Virus record (IMG/VR): IMGVR_UViG_3300042465_007464
Span: 32,001 to 96,000 of that record
DNA: 64,000 bases
Strand: one strand, 5' to 3'
Origin: a virus
The notes beneath the pieces were generated by a model. The model was not told where the DNA came from. It saw only the letters and a list, made by a program, of their open reading frames with translations, and searched no databases. The first letter of the stretch is position 1; every line of letters starts with the position of its first letter. Positions 19,725 to 30,300 of the stretch are shown piece after piece. Position numbers and translations under genes: made by a program.

Positions 19725-21305
19725 TTATTTTATCAACCAAGTTAATGATTCATCGCCTGACCCAGGATTCCAATTCCATCCATTGTCGCTGTTATTACGA
19801 TTGCCAGTATAAATAACTGGACTCGTTTTTTGAAAAGAAGATAGTGCACGTTTATTCAAATCAATACCTTGTTGACGTAATTTTAGTGCAGTATCGCGTA
19901 ACCATAATCCGATACAAAATGACATTACTAAGTCATCGTTATATCCTTGTTGTGCTTGTGCTTTACCATTAAGCCAAACAAACACTAGTAATTCTTGTAT
20001 TAAACGTCGGCTACGAATAAACGGAGTACGATCTCGCATATACATTTCAAGTGCCGATATCATTAATGGACGTGTACGTGTTGTGGTTGATACTCCCGGA
20101 ACCATTTGGCTCTTATCTTTCATATCATAACCTTTTTTCAATTGTACATCGGCATCTGTATATCCGTCATCTTTATATGTATAATGTAAGTTTTGATAGT
20201 TTCTATCAAGTGCCGGCTGAATTGCGGCCCAACCAATGTTTGCATTTTCAATAGCTAATAACGCATTGTTCCATTCCGTTGCAACCGTTACTAACATGTT
20301 TCCAAATTCATTGGGTGGAATCTTTCCTTTAAATTCTGCTACTTGTCGTACCGTTTCAACTTCTAAAACATGAAATGCAGACCAGTCACCACCATCACCC
20401 CGTGCGACGTCAGCTACTACCATGTAATCACGTGCATAGTCCGGATATTCCCAAATCCAATACGCTCCATCAAATCCACGCTTTTCAATTGGTTCTTCAC
20501 ATTTACCTTCATATTCTAAAAGCAAAGGACCATCTACTACAGTATGTCCCGATGATACGAAGTCACAGTCACATTCTTGTGCCGCACCGCGTTCGCCTAA
20601 TAACGATGTTTGTTCATTACGCCACGTTTGGTCGCGTTCTGGGTGCACATCCCAACGCAAACGAATTGTATGGAAACCGTTAATGTCCGCTTCCGCGTCT
20701 GCCCAAGTTTGGTGAAACCAGTTACCAACACCGTTCGGCGTAGATAATACAATAGCACCACCACCCGTTGATAGGGTTGCTTGCGACGCTATCCATATTT
20801 CTTCAATGTTTCGAATAAATGCAGCCTCATCAATGATTAGCAGAGACAACGCTTCTGAACGTGCTCCTGTGGTTGCTGATGAAACGGCTTTGATTTGCGA
20901 ACCATTTTTAAATTTAAGTGATAATTTGTTATCAGCTTCAACCGTACCTTTCAACCAACTTGGCAAGTTATCGTGCATCACCCGTACTTTCGTTACTAGG
21001 TTTTTTGCTACTTCTTGTGTGGTTGCAATAACTAACACGTTGAAATCTTCTTTGAACAACATGCACCAAAGTGCAAAGCCGGCAGATAGAGTTGATATAC
21101 CTAACTGCCGAGACTTTAATATTACATTGTATCGATTATCGCGAAGCTGTGTTAATGAATCTTCTTGGAATGGAAACAAATTAAATTTGATCTTACCACG
21201 TTTAGGATGTTGTATGTAACAATAATTACGCATAAAAAATACAGGATCTTTAGCACATTGCATGTACTGTTGTTGTATTATCTGCTTAATATTTTGTTGT
21301 GCCAT
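19725..21305 (-). CDS. Terminase large subunit (gp17-like)
   Basis: KSRQLGIST Walker A, IIDEAAF Walker B, STPNG, DVARGDG.D, DDLVM. Confidence 0.96.
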   Translation of the reverse strand: MAQQNIKQIIQQQYMQCAKDPVFFMRNYCYIQHPKRGKIKFNLFPFQEDSLTQLRDNRYNVILKSRQLGISTLSAGFALWCMLFKEDFNVLVIATTQEVAKNLVTKVRVMHDNLPSWLKGTVEADNKLSLKFKNGSQIKAVSSATTGARSEALSLLIIDEAAFIRNIEEIWIASQATLSTGGGAIVLSTPNGVGNWFHQTWADAEADINGFHTIRLRWDVHPERDQTWRNEQTSLLGERGAAQECDCDFVSSGHTVVDGPLLLEYEGKCEEPIEKRGFDGAYWIWEYPDYARDYMVVADVARGDGGDWSAFHVLEVETVRQVAEFKGKIPPNEFGNMLVTVATEWNNALLAIENANIGWAAIQPALDRNYQNLHYTYKDDGYTDADVQLKKGYDMKDKSQMVPGVSTTTRTRPLMISALEMYMRDRTPFIRSRRLIQELLVFVWLNGKAQAQQGYNDDLVMSFCIGLWLRDTALKLRQQGIDLNKRALSSFQKTSPVIYTGNRNNSDNGWNWNPGSGDESLTWLIK

Positions 21306-21307
21306 AC

Positions 21308-21682
21308 TTACTTTACAATTGTTGCAACAAATTTACCTGTTACTACTGCAGTAATGATACCTCCAGTAAACCAAATCATTTTATTGTCATACCAACGTGG
21401 TTTAAGATATTTTTCACGTTCGATGTACAATTCAACGTTTTCTTTTAACAGTTCAATTTGTTTTGATTTATATGCTAACTGCACTGAATCAATTTGTATT
21501 AGTTGTTTTTGAGATTCAATAACTCGTTCATGTTGATATATAATTTCATTGTTCAAAGAATCTAACGCGTATAACGAATCTAAGGTAAATGAAATATCAA
21601 CAATTTCTTCTTGAGTAAAACAAGTGTCAACTTGTCCGTAACTAAAAAATGGAAATAACAATATGATAAATAAACGTTTCAT
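21308..21682 (-). CDS. Exported coiled-coil membrane protein (possible spanin component)
   Basis: Signal peptide ending SYG/Q, coiled coil, C-terminal hydrophobic helix. Confidence 0.45.
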   Translation of the reverse strand: MKRLFIILLFPFFSYGQVDTCFTQEEIVDISFTLDSLYALDSLNNEIIYQHERVIESQKQLIQIDSVQLAYKSKQIELLKENVELYIEREKYLKPRWYDNKMIWFTGGIITAVVTGKFVATIVK

Positions 21683-21684
21683 GA

Positions 21685-22041
21685 TTATTTTTTAGTTTTA
21701 GTATTTTTGTTATTTGGTTTACGACCTTTTTTAGTTTTGTTCAAAATATTTGCTTTCGCATCTACAACATCACGAACTTCAACTACTAAATTGTCTTTTG
21801 CTTCTTTAAGATCTTGTACTGCAGTTACTGCATCCGTAATTTGATCGTTAATTGCTTCTCGTTTTTGTTCCATAACTTCAACAGCTTCTTCAATTTTATC
21901 AATTGTGTCGTTGTTGTTTTTGATTTTATCGTTTAATTCTGATTGTTTTTTACTTTTGTTAGAATTAACTAGGTATAAAACTCCAGCAATTGCCGCAAAT
22001 ATACCTACTACTGCTGCTACGATTTTCTTAATTATTTTCAT
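21685..22041 (-). CDS. Membrane-anchored coiled-coil protein (possible inner spanin)
   Basis: N-terminal TM helix followed by coiled coil and basic tail. Confidence 0.45.
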   Translation of the reverse strand: MKIIKKIVAAVVGIFAAIAGVLYLVNSNKSKKQSELNDKIKNNNDTIDKIEEAVEVMEQKREAINDQITDAVTAVQDLKEAKDNLVVEVRDVVDAKANILNKTKKGRKPNNKNTKTKK

Positions 22042-22675
22042 CTGTTTCCTTGTCTAAATTGTTTAAAAAATCTTGTTTAAATTTATCAAATTGTTTTTGT
22101 ATTGTTTCATCAAATTCTTCAGCAGTCATTCGAGCCGTCCATGCTTCTTGTTGACCTTCTGAATTAGTTACGAAATTTGATGCTTCGGTATATACTTGTT
22201 TTAACATTGCTACATCGCGTTCTGCAGCTGCTAACCAAGCAAGTTTATTTTCACGAATCTTAGATTGTTCGTATTCTTCAAATTTACCTTCTTTTTTCAA
22301 TTCATGTTCCATTTCAATTGTGCAATCAAAACACATTCCATGAATCTTACGCATTTTTTGGTCCAACTGATGCGTTCCAATGCAAGTGCATGTTTCTTTG
22401 CGACAATTTGGAAATGCGCGAATTTCTTCTCGTATAGATTGAAGTGCGTCGCTGGCTTTGGTTTTCTTAACTCGAAATCCATCACGTTGTTCATAAATGT
22501 AAGTGATGCCGGTACTAGAATCCGTCTCTTCCCATGTGTCACCTACTTCATGCCGTTCGTTGCGTTTTGCAACTTGTTCTGCATCAGAGAACCCAACTGT
22601 TTTTTTAGTTTGGAACTTGTGTGTGCCATCCAACATTTGTTGAATCGCTTTGGTGTTTTGTAACTTTTTTGACAT
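22028..22675 (-). CDS. Hypothetical protein with Cys motifs
   Basis: 215 aa; GD.WEE, CTC and CFDC motifs. Confidence 0.7.
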   Translation of the reverse strand: MSKKLQNTKAIQQMLDGTHKFQTKKTVGFSDAEQVAKRNERHEVGDTWEETDSSTGITYIYEQRDGFRVKKTKASDALQSIREEIRAFPNCRKETCTCIGTHQLDQKMRKIHGMCFDCTIEMEHELKKEGKFEEYEQSKIRENKLAWLAAAERDVAMLKQVYTEASNFVTNSEGQQEAWTARMTAEEFDETIQKQFDKFKQDFLNNLDKETDENN

Positions 22676-22691
22676 ATAACTTATTTATTAA

Positions 22692-23462
22692 TTATTCAAC
22701 TTCATTGCTTACATTTGCTAATGCAGCCAAGTTTTGAATTATTTTTTTACGTAATAATACATAAAACGTTTTCGCATCTTTTGGATCTACTTCTTTAGTT
22801 AATTTATCAGCTACATTCATTAATGCAGTAACTTGTTTAACCGTTCCGTCAGATTTTAAACTATCAATGAATTTTTGAGTATTGATTGCTTCTTGTTCTG
22901 CAGGTTCTATTTCAGGTGCTGGAGCTGGAGCAGCTGGTGCTTCTGGTGCAGGTGCGGCAGTTGCATCTGGAGCAGGAGCTGCCATTGGATCCGCAGGAAC
23001 TTCTTCTGCCGACGGTTCTTCAATTGGCTCTTCTGCAGGTACGGCTTGTTCTGCTAACACACGTGCAATTTTTCTACGTACATATTCACGTATCACTCGT
23101 TCTTTTTGTTCACGAGTTAGATTTTCAATTTTATCTTTCAATACGTCTTCAACGCTTTTTTCTTCATCGTCTTGACGTTTCTTAAGACGTTTTGCTGCAG
23201 TTTTAGGATCGTAATCTGCATCTTCTAAATCTTTGTATAAACGATCGTCTGCTTCATATTTCGGAATCATTTTTCCGTCATCTTGCATCTCTTTGTCAGT
23301 TTTACGAAGAACGTTAAGTTGTTTGTCTTTTGTAGAATTCGGATTCATTCCTCCATCTTTATCATCTGTAGTATAATCTTTAATGTCTTTGCGAGGTTTT
23401 GGTTTTTGTGATTTTTCCAAATCCTTTGGTGCTTTGTATTTGCTTTTGTGTTTGTCAGCCAT
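22692..23462 (-). CDS. Hypothetical late protein with Pro/Ala/Glu linker
   Basis: VIREYVRRKIARVLAE/Q followed by an APAP low-complexity linker; late motif upstream. Confidence 0.7.
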   Translation of the reverse strand: MADKHKSKYKAPKDLEKSQKPKPRKDIKDYTTDDKDGGMNPNSTKDKQLNVLRKTDKEMQDDGKMIPKYEADDRLYKDLEDADYDPKTAAKRLKKRQDDEEKSVEDVLKDKIENLTREQKERVIREYVRRKIARVLAEQAVPAEEPIEEPSAEEVPADPMAAPAPDATAAPAPEAPAAPAPAPEIEPAEQEAINTQKFIDSLKSDGTVKQVTALMNVADKLTKEVDPKDAKTFYVLLRKKIIQNLAALANVSNEVE

Positions 23463-23494
23463 TGATAAAATCCTATATTTTATATAAATATCAG

Positions 23495-24076
23495 TTAAAC
23501 AGATTTAACCGATTTTTTATTTAATAACGCTTTTGAAATATTTTCAGAATGTTTTGCAGTTCGCGGTGGTTTCTTTTTATTTTTAAGTGACTTACTAATA
23601 TTAAGTTTATGTTCATCACTCATTGGCCCACGACTTAAACCAGATTTACCTTTATTCCATGGAATGCGCCCCTTTCCAGCTTTAGAAATTTTTTCTCGAG
23701 TTTCTATAGAATATTTAACGGTTTTTCCTTTATTTTGTTTACCTAATTGTTGTACAATCATTTGTTGCAGTTGTTTACAACGACTATATTCTTTCGAACT
23801 AATGATATAATTTCGTTCATGTTTTGAACTTTGATGATTCATCATTCTCCATAGTGCATAATGCAATTTTGTTTCGTTAAGATAAATTTCACAAAGAAGT
23901 TTATGTGCTATGAAATGTTCTCGAGCTGTAAGTAATACTAAATTAGTTTTATTATTTCGTCCATTTAAACATTTAGGAACGATATGATGTCGTTCGAAAT
24001 ATATGCCGCGACCTTTTTTACGATTCTCAGATTGACATCGCGCTATTAATTGTTCGTATATTTTTTTATAATTCAT
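23495..24076 (-). mobile_element. Free-standing HNH homing endonuclease with NUMOD3 DNA-binding repeats
   Basis: ERHHIVPKCLNG.N...NLVLLTAREHFIAH.LL; S.ETREKIS...KG..PWNKG; SDEHK.NIS. Confidence 0.88.
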
Positions 24077-24083
24077 TACTAAA

Positions 24084-27000
24084 TCATCGTGCGTACTTTA
24101 ATACTCCTAGTAACTGATTTACTGGCGCAAAAGCACCTGTCATTTTATATGTATGCCCCTTGTACACAAATACTATGCCTTCTGCTGGTATTATGGCATC
24201 AAATCCTCCAAGCCGTTGTATACGGCGTAATTCCAATTCCAATTTAGATATTGTAGCAGGATTACCTGTTGCTTGTAAATCTTTGATAAGTTCTGCCAAT
24301 TCCGTTTTAATTTGCTGAACTGTTTTATCTGGATTTGCGGCAAGGAAGTTTTCTGCATTTTTCATTACAACTACACCTAATCTTAAAAATATAGATTCAA
24401 ACGGTTCTAAGTTTTGTTTGCGATACGCTTTGAAATCTTTTTTATCGAATTCAGTTACCCATGCGGCAAATTCCGGACTTGCAATTTGTTTTTTAAGCAT
24501 GGCAATATTAGTTGATTTATCATCAAATGACCAACGCAATACGAGTGCATTTAAAACATCTTCTGGAATTTGATATCCCAATTCTTGTGCTTTACTTGCA
24601 ATAACATCGCGCCACCATGCTTTATGATATTCGCGAATCATGTCCTGATCTTTTAATCCGTAACGTTTTTCTAGTTGTTCTATTTCTGCAAAAAATGCTG
24701 CTTGTTGATCTTCGAAATCCACAGCACGTCCCATTTTGATGCGTTGCGGTGGAATAAATGAAAATGTATTTTGCATATGTGCATTTGCATCTTGTATGAT
24801 TCGTTGCATCATTGCGCCCCCACCTAAATCCGTTTCTACAGTATTACCGGCTTCATCATATTCTACTAAATTGTGAAATTGAAGATGTGCTTTGTCATAT
24901 GATATTACGTTTCGAGTTGCTGGATATATTATTTCCATGTTAGCAAATACTCTACCATTTTTGAATATTTGTGCTAATCGTTCTGCAGGTATTTGACGCA
25001 TTGCTTCCGTTAAATCTTCTGCACACGCACGATATGCATCTACGACACGTTGATAATTTGCTCCAGCATCTGCACCATTCTTTTGTGTAGTCTCTTGTTG
25101 TTTGCGTTCAAAATCTGCAATCAATTGATCTGGAGTCATTGGATTAATGATAGTGCCTTTGTTTCTGGCAAATCCTGGCTGTCCATCTTTCCAAGTAACT
25201 TGAATGTTTTGTCCATCAGTTTTTTCAGAAACGGCTTCTTCCATGTCTAATCGACCCGACAATGCACGTGCTACGATTTCTTTCATATCACCAAATGTCA
25301 GTCCGTGATCATCCCATGGATGTGCCATATGCCCTGCTGCGCCTCCGCAAACTAATAATTGTTTAGTTTCGTGTTCAAAAATCATTTCTTGCAATTCGAT
25401 AAAAGAAATAGATGATTTTATATTTTTTGTTTCATTGATTATACTAGGCAATATTTCTAAATTACAGAAATGTGCAATAATATTTGGATCAACATTATTA
25501 ACAAATCCATCGAATATTGAATATTTATGATCTAAATGAAATTTTTTACTTCGTTTCTCTATATCTTTTATTTGATCTTTATATTGTTTTATAGTACGTT
25601 CTGATAGTTTTCTTACTTCATCGCGATATCTAATATATTCTGGTTTTTTATTTGGATCTAAATATCTACCAGATGCATATGCTCGAGTTCGAATTTCTTC
25701 TAATTGTTTTTTCGCGCGTACGATGTTGTGTGGTAATGCTGCAGCATTTGTTACGTTATATTTTTCAAGTAATGTTTTACGTTGTTTTTCAATATTATTG
25801 AAATTCGAATCTCCATACTTATTAAGTTTTGTTTGTTTTATTTTATCTACTAATTGTATATCATTCATTGGATTATTTTCAGATAAGCTTATTCGTAATG
25901 AATCTGAAATAGTTTTTGAATCCGGGAATTGTTTTTTATATTCATTAATTGTAGTTTGATGTTTGAACTTTAAATGATTAGGGGTAATTTGTTTCATAGA
26001 AATGCCACATAATTCACATTTTACGCCTCCTTCTGTTAAAAGTTGTCCTTTGCCCATTGCCGATTCGATACGACTGATACGATAAATAACATCATCTGGA
26101 TCGTTAGATTGCCAGTCTCGACTTTGTGATTTGATAGTACGTGGAATTAATTTAATTTTTCCTTGTTGTCTGTCAAATTCTAATTGGAATGGCATATGTA
26201 TCGGAACATCAAATTTATAATCAGATTCTACACCAGTTAGTTGTTTATTTATAAATTGATCTCTAATTTCTTCACCATATCTATCTGCTAAGTCTTGAAA
26301 TAATAGTTCTAAATCATCCAAACTAATCGGGTCTTCATTTCTAGGATTATTTAATTGATCAATAAAATGCGTAGTTTCGCCTTGAAAATCAACATCGATG
26401 CCATAATCATGAAAGAAACGATCTATGATGGGTTCAATTTCTCGAAGATCCTTGCGCGTAATGTAATCTTCTTTTTCATTGATAATACTTTCAACTAATT
26501 TAGCACCAACCACTGTCTTTGCAAATTTATCAAAATCATATACAAATGATTCGCCGCGATGTTTATCTAAAAATGCACGAAGATGTTTTATTTTTGCGGC
26601 GTGACGTGCCTTCTCTTTTGGAAACATCATGGATTCAACAACATCTTCAACATCTTCTTGCAATTGCGTTTTCCACCACGCTGTTGAAAAAAGTGCAGCT
26701 TCTTGAACTCCGGTTAATATCTGCCAAGCATTTTTTACCGTAGCTTCATCTTGTTCCGGATATGCGTAACGAAATTCGTCATAATTTCTAGTTTGCAATG
26801 CTTGACGAACGTTGGTTGCTGATATCGGTTCTCCCGTTTCATATGTTAATGGCTCAACATCAATCGGCAGTAATGTTGCATCAATACCCGACGGAATTTG
26901 TCGTCCTTTTTTATCTCCAATTGTAGCATATTTGTCTACATTAGGAACGAAATCCATTGCACGAACATAATCATCTCCTTTTTTAGATGCAGCCATTGCA

Positions 27001-27281
27001 TATCGTCCTGTTGCATCTTGCGGCAATGCAAATAAGTATTCATATGCGGCCATGATAGGCGAATTGAATTCGGTAGGTTGCATTTCAATTTTTGGATCTG
27101 AATTCATCAGGTTGAACATTTGCATACTCATTTCGCGAGTAATTCCGTCTCGTTCTTTTGGCCCAATCAACATGATAACACGTCCAACTTGTGGATCTTG
27201 TGCGTAGCGTTGTGCTAATGCTAAATGTGCTCCTGTTAATGGTTTGAATCCTCCCGGGAAAAGTACTGTTATTTTATCCAT
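24084..27281 (-). CDS. Multi-domain protein: HIGH-type nucleotidyltransferase, small alpha/beta domain, inserted HNH, RNA-ligase-like nucleotidyltransferase
   Basis: FPGGFKP.T.AH and ISAT.VR mark the cytidyltransferase-like domain. The C-terminal part has EKTDG (KxDG), NMEII, EGIVF and YKMTG, matching ligase motifs I, III, IV and V. Confidence 0.7.
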   Translation of the reverse strand: MDKITVLFPGGFKPLTGAHLALAQRYAQDPQVGRVIMLIGPKERDGITREMSMQMFNLMNSDPKIEMQPTEFNSPIMAAYEYLFALPQDATGRYAMAASKKGDDYVRAMDFVPNVDKYATIGDKKGRQIPSGIDATLLPIDVEPLTYETGEPISATNVRQALQTRNYDEFRYAYPEQDEATVKNAWQILTGVQEAALFSTAWWKTQLQEDVEDVVESMMFPKEKARHAAKIKHLRAFLDKHRGESFVYDFDKFAKTVVGAKLVESIINEKEDYITRKDLREIEPIIDRFFHDYGIDVDFQGETTHFIDQLNNPRNEDPISLDDLELLFQDLADRYGEEIRDQFINKQLTGVESDYKFDVPIHMPFQLEFDRQQGKIKLIPRTIKSQSRDWQSNDPDDVIYRISRIESAMGKGQLLTEGGVKCELCGISMKQITPNHLKFKHQTTINEYKKQFPDSKTISDSLRISLSENNPMNDIQLVDKIKQTKLNKYGDSNFNNIEKQRKTLLEKYNVTNAAALPHNIVRAKKQLEEIRTRAYASGRYLDPNKKPEYIRYRDEVRKLSERTIKQYKDQIKDIEKRSKKFHLDHKYSIFDGFVNNVDPNIIAHFCNLEILPSIINETKNIKSSISFIELQEMIFEHETKQLLVCGGAAGHMAHPWDDHGLTFGDMKEIVARALSGRLDMEEAVSEKTDGQNIQVTWKDGQPGFARNKGTIINPMTPDQLIADFERKQQETTQKNGADAGANYQRVVDAYRACAEDLTEAMRQIPAERLAQIFKNGRVFANMEIIYPATRNVISYDKAHLQFHNLVEYDEAGNTVETDLGGGAMMQRIIQDANAHMQNTFSFIPPQRIKMGRAVDFEDQQAAFFAEIEQLEKRYGLKDQDMIREYHKAWWRDVIASKAQELGYQIPEDVLNALVLRWSFDDKSTNIAMLKKQIASPEFAAWVTEFDKKDFKAYRKQNLEPFESIFLRLGVVVMKNAENFLAANPDKTVQQIKTELAELIKDLQATGNPATISKLELELRRIQRLGGFDAIIPAEGIVFVYKGHTYKMTGAFAPVNQLLGVLKYAR
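25341..26024 (-). mobile_element. In-frame Zn-finger/HNH endonuclease insertion (aa 420-647)
   Basis: CELC...HLKFKH finger, KQT.L.KYG repeats and HLDHKYSI.DGF......IAHFCNLEIL...N..K. Flanked by QLLTEGG and QLLVCGG; visibly more AT-rich than its flanks. Confidence 0.75.
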
Positions 27282-27317
27282 TACATTTTCTTTTTATATA
27301 AATATATTATTTTCATA

Positions 27318-30300
27318 TTATGCAATTTCGTAACTACCATTCCAAATAAAACGATCGGTGTTTGCCCAAGTAAATGGTTGAGTTGCATTTACATCTAATG
27401 CTGTGCTACCAGTTGATTGGTATTGTATTGCTGTTTTATAATTAAATCCAGCACGTGCACCATTTAATAGGGCATTATACCAAGCAGAACCATTATCTAA
27501 TAAATTTGCTGACATTAATATAGCATCTGCATGTGATGCAGTAAACGGCATCGATACATACCATTCTCCAGATCCAAACGTTGTAGTTGAACCCATTACT
27601 ATGTTGCCTCTAACAAAACATGTTTTACCGACTAATTTATACCACCCTTGTAATGATCCATTTCCAATTGCAGGATTTGAAGATGCGGCTGTCCATGACG
27701 GAGTATATGATGTCCACGCAGTTGTTATGTCTGATCCATTTATCGTTACAGATCCGGTAGATACTATAGATCCTGTTACTCGCAATGATCCAGTAACTAA
27801 AACGCTACCCGTTACATCTAAATTTGCAGATGGTGAAGTTTTACCAATACCAACATTACCTGCAGTATCTATGATAAACGGCGTCGTATCTGGATTTGTT
27901 GAATCTTCTACAAGGAATGATGCTGATGTAGATGTATTGTTGATATGTAATTTTGCCGTTGGTGGATATGCATCGTCACCCATTCCAACGTTACCGTTAG
28001 CCATAATTTGCACCATGGAACTAGTGTAGTTTTGGAACACAAATAAAGGTCTTGTTGATGAACTGGAGATTGCTGTATTATTTGCATATCGAGCTCCCAT
28101 TGATATAAGAGCCGATGTTCCAGTGTCATCTGTTGTTTGTATACGTGTTTGTATACCTAATGCAACTGTGTTTGACCCACTTTGAATTCCTCGTATAAAT
28201 GGAGAAAACACACCGTTAGCAGTAGTACCATTAACTATGTCTAAATATCCATCTGCATCTTGAACTTGTGCTTTGAAAACGTTTTCTGCATTTGCCGATC
28301 CAGATGCAGCTTCTATAGTTAATGGATACGATGATGATGTCGTACGAATACCTATATTACCATTACCTAGCAAAGTCATTGTAGGACGACGTATGCCGTT
28401 ACTACCTACATTTGCAAACATTATTCCACCATCAGGAGTGGTGCCATTGAAATCAGTTTTTTCTATGATTAACCCATCGCCTGAACCTACAGCACCGTTA
28501 TCTTCATATTTAAAACGTGCACCATCTGCCGCAGGAATTCCTGATGATGATTCTGCACCGAAATACAATGCTACATCCCCTACAATACCAGCACGTATTG
28601 AACCACTGACATCTAATAAAGTACTAGCCGGTGGAGTTGTAGTACCAATACCGATATTACCAGCAGCTGTCATCGTCATATAAGTTGTGCCGTTATTTCT
28701 CCATTGAAACAATGGACGGGTTGCGGCTGCGACGGATGAAGCATCAGTTCCAATTCGACTATCAAATACCGTTATTGGAGTTGTTCCAGAATCTACAGCA
28801 CCTCTACCTATTAAAAACGATGCAATTTGTGTTGTTGAATTTTGTCCTAGTATAGTTGGAGTGAAAATACCGTTAGTAGTCGTTCCATTTTGAATTCTTA
28901 AGTAACTGTCAGTATCGTCATCTACTTGGAATCTAGCAATATTTTCTTGTGTACTAGCAACGGCGCTAGTTTGTACATTAAATTGTACTCCGTCGGCTAA
29001 TGCACCAATACCAACTTCTCCAGAACCGGATATCGATAATCTTGGAAAATTATTTGTAATAAGTAATAAATTTCTATCTACAACATTTCCAAAAATAGTA
29101 TTTGTAAGTGAACTATAATCCAATGTTCCAATATGTGAAGATGAGCTCGATTCGATTTGAATTACTGGTCCGTCAGTTTCTAAATTCCGTATATACAATA
29201 TCCCATTTGGATTAGAAACTGATGACGTAAGATAAAAAAATTGAGGATATAATATCGGAATATTAGCATATCCGCCGGCTGGAGATACTTCTAATATTTC
29301 AGATACTTCTACTATGTGTGCAAATTGACGAAATGTTTGTAATGCATTTTCATAATGATTACTTAAATAACTAACAGTCCAAAATTCTGCACTTTGTAAC
29401 AACGTTGCTCGACAATTATAATCTAATGGCATAACCACGCCATCGTAATTTGTTCCCGCAACAGTTGCACGTCCTCTTTGAAATGCAATAGAATAGTTAT
29501 CGTAGCCATCATTGCCTTGAATGTACGAATCGGGCATATTTGGATGTGGTGCATTTTTAGCAAGGTATATCTTATTTGTTTGCGGATATTCCGATTCTAT
29601 AACAATAATTGACCCATATGAACGATATTGTCCAGACGACCCCCAAGAATCTGGATGTATTTTTATAGCACCTATAGGATACATTGTTTGTGATCCGGTA
29701 GAAAAGTTAGCTGGAAATTTTACGAACATTGCCGGCGAGGTACTTCCTGTGTAATTAGAATCGTGACTGCCAGTTAAATTTAAACACATATATGTACGAC
29801 CGCCATACGTATATGTTGACAAATGCGGATCCGAACTACTACTGATTTGTACTACTCGATATACATATAAATCTGCAGTATTAGTTCCTCGAAAATCGCC
29901 ATTACTAGCAGTAATATTTCCTGCACTATCTAAATGAAATCCACTTGATGAAATTTCAATATTACCATTTGCGCCTGATATAAACTGATTAGAACTACCT
30001 ACAAAGAATTTATCCGTACGGATATCTAATTCCGAATCTCGAGTTGAATAACGAAGATAACTTGCGGTATTCGCATACAATTCAATACCTACACCACTAT
30101 ACGCAGCGCCTTTACTTGTAGAACCCGATAATGCAGACCCAGACCATATTAAGAATCCCGGATTGCCTGCATCGAACCCTGTATACCCTAAGGATCTAAC
30201 ATATCCCGTGTTACGTTGTCCGGTAATTGCAATACCTGAACCTAATGCGTCAGCTACATACAATGAACCAGTTATCATAGAATAATCGCCATCTATGTAA

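Noticed and set aside
25341-26024. Intein in the 1065-aa protein
   Set aside because: No Hint block motifs and no terminal His-Asn followed by Cys/Ser/Thr; the Cys residues belong to a Zn finger.
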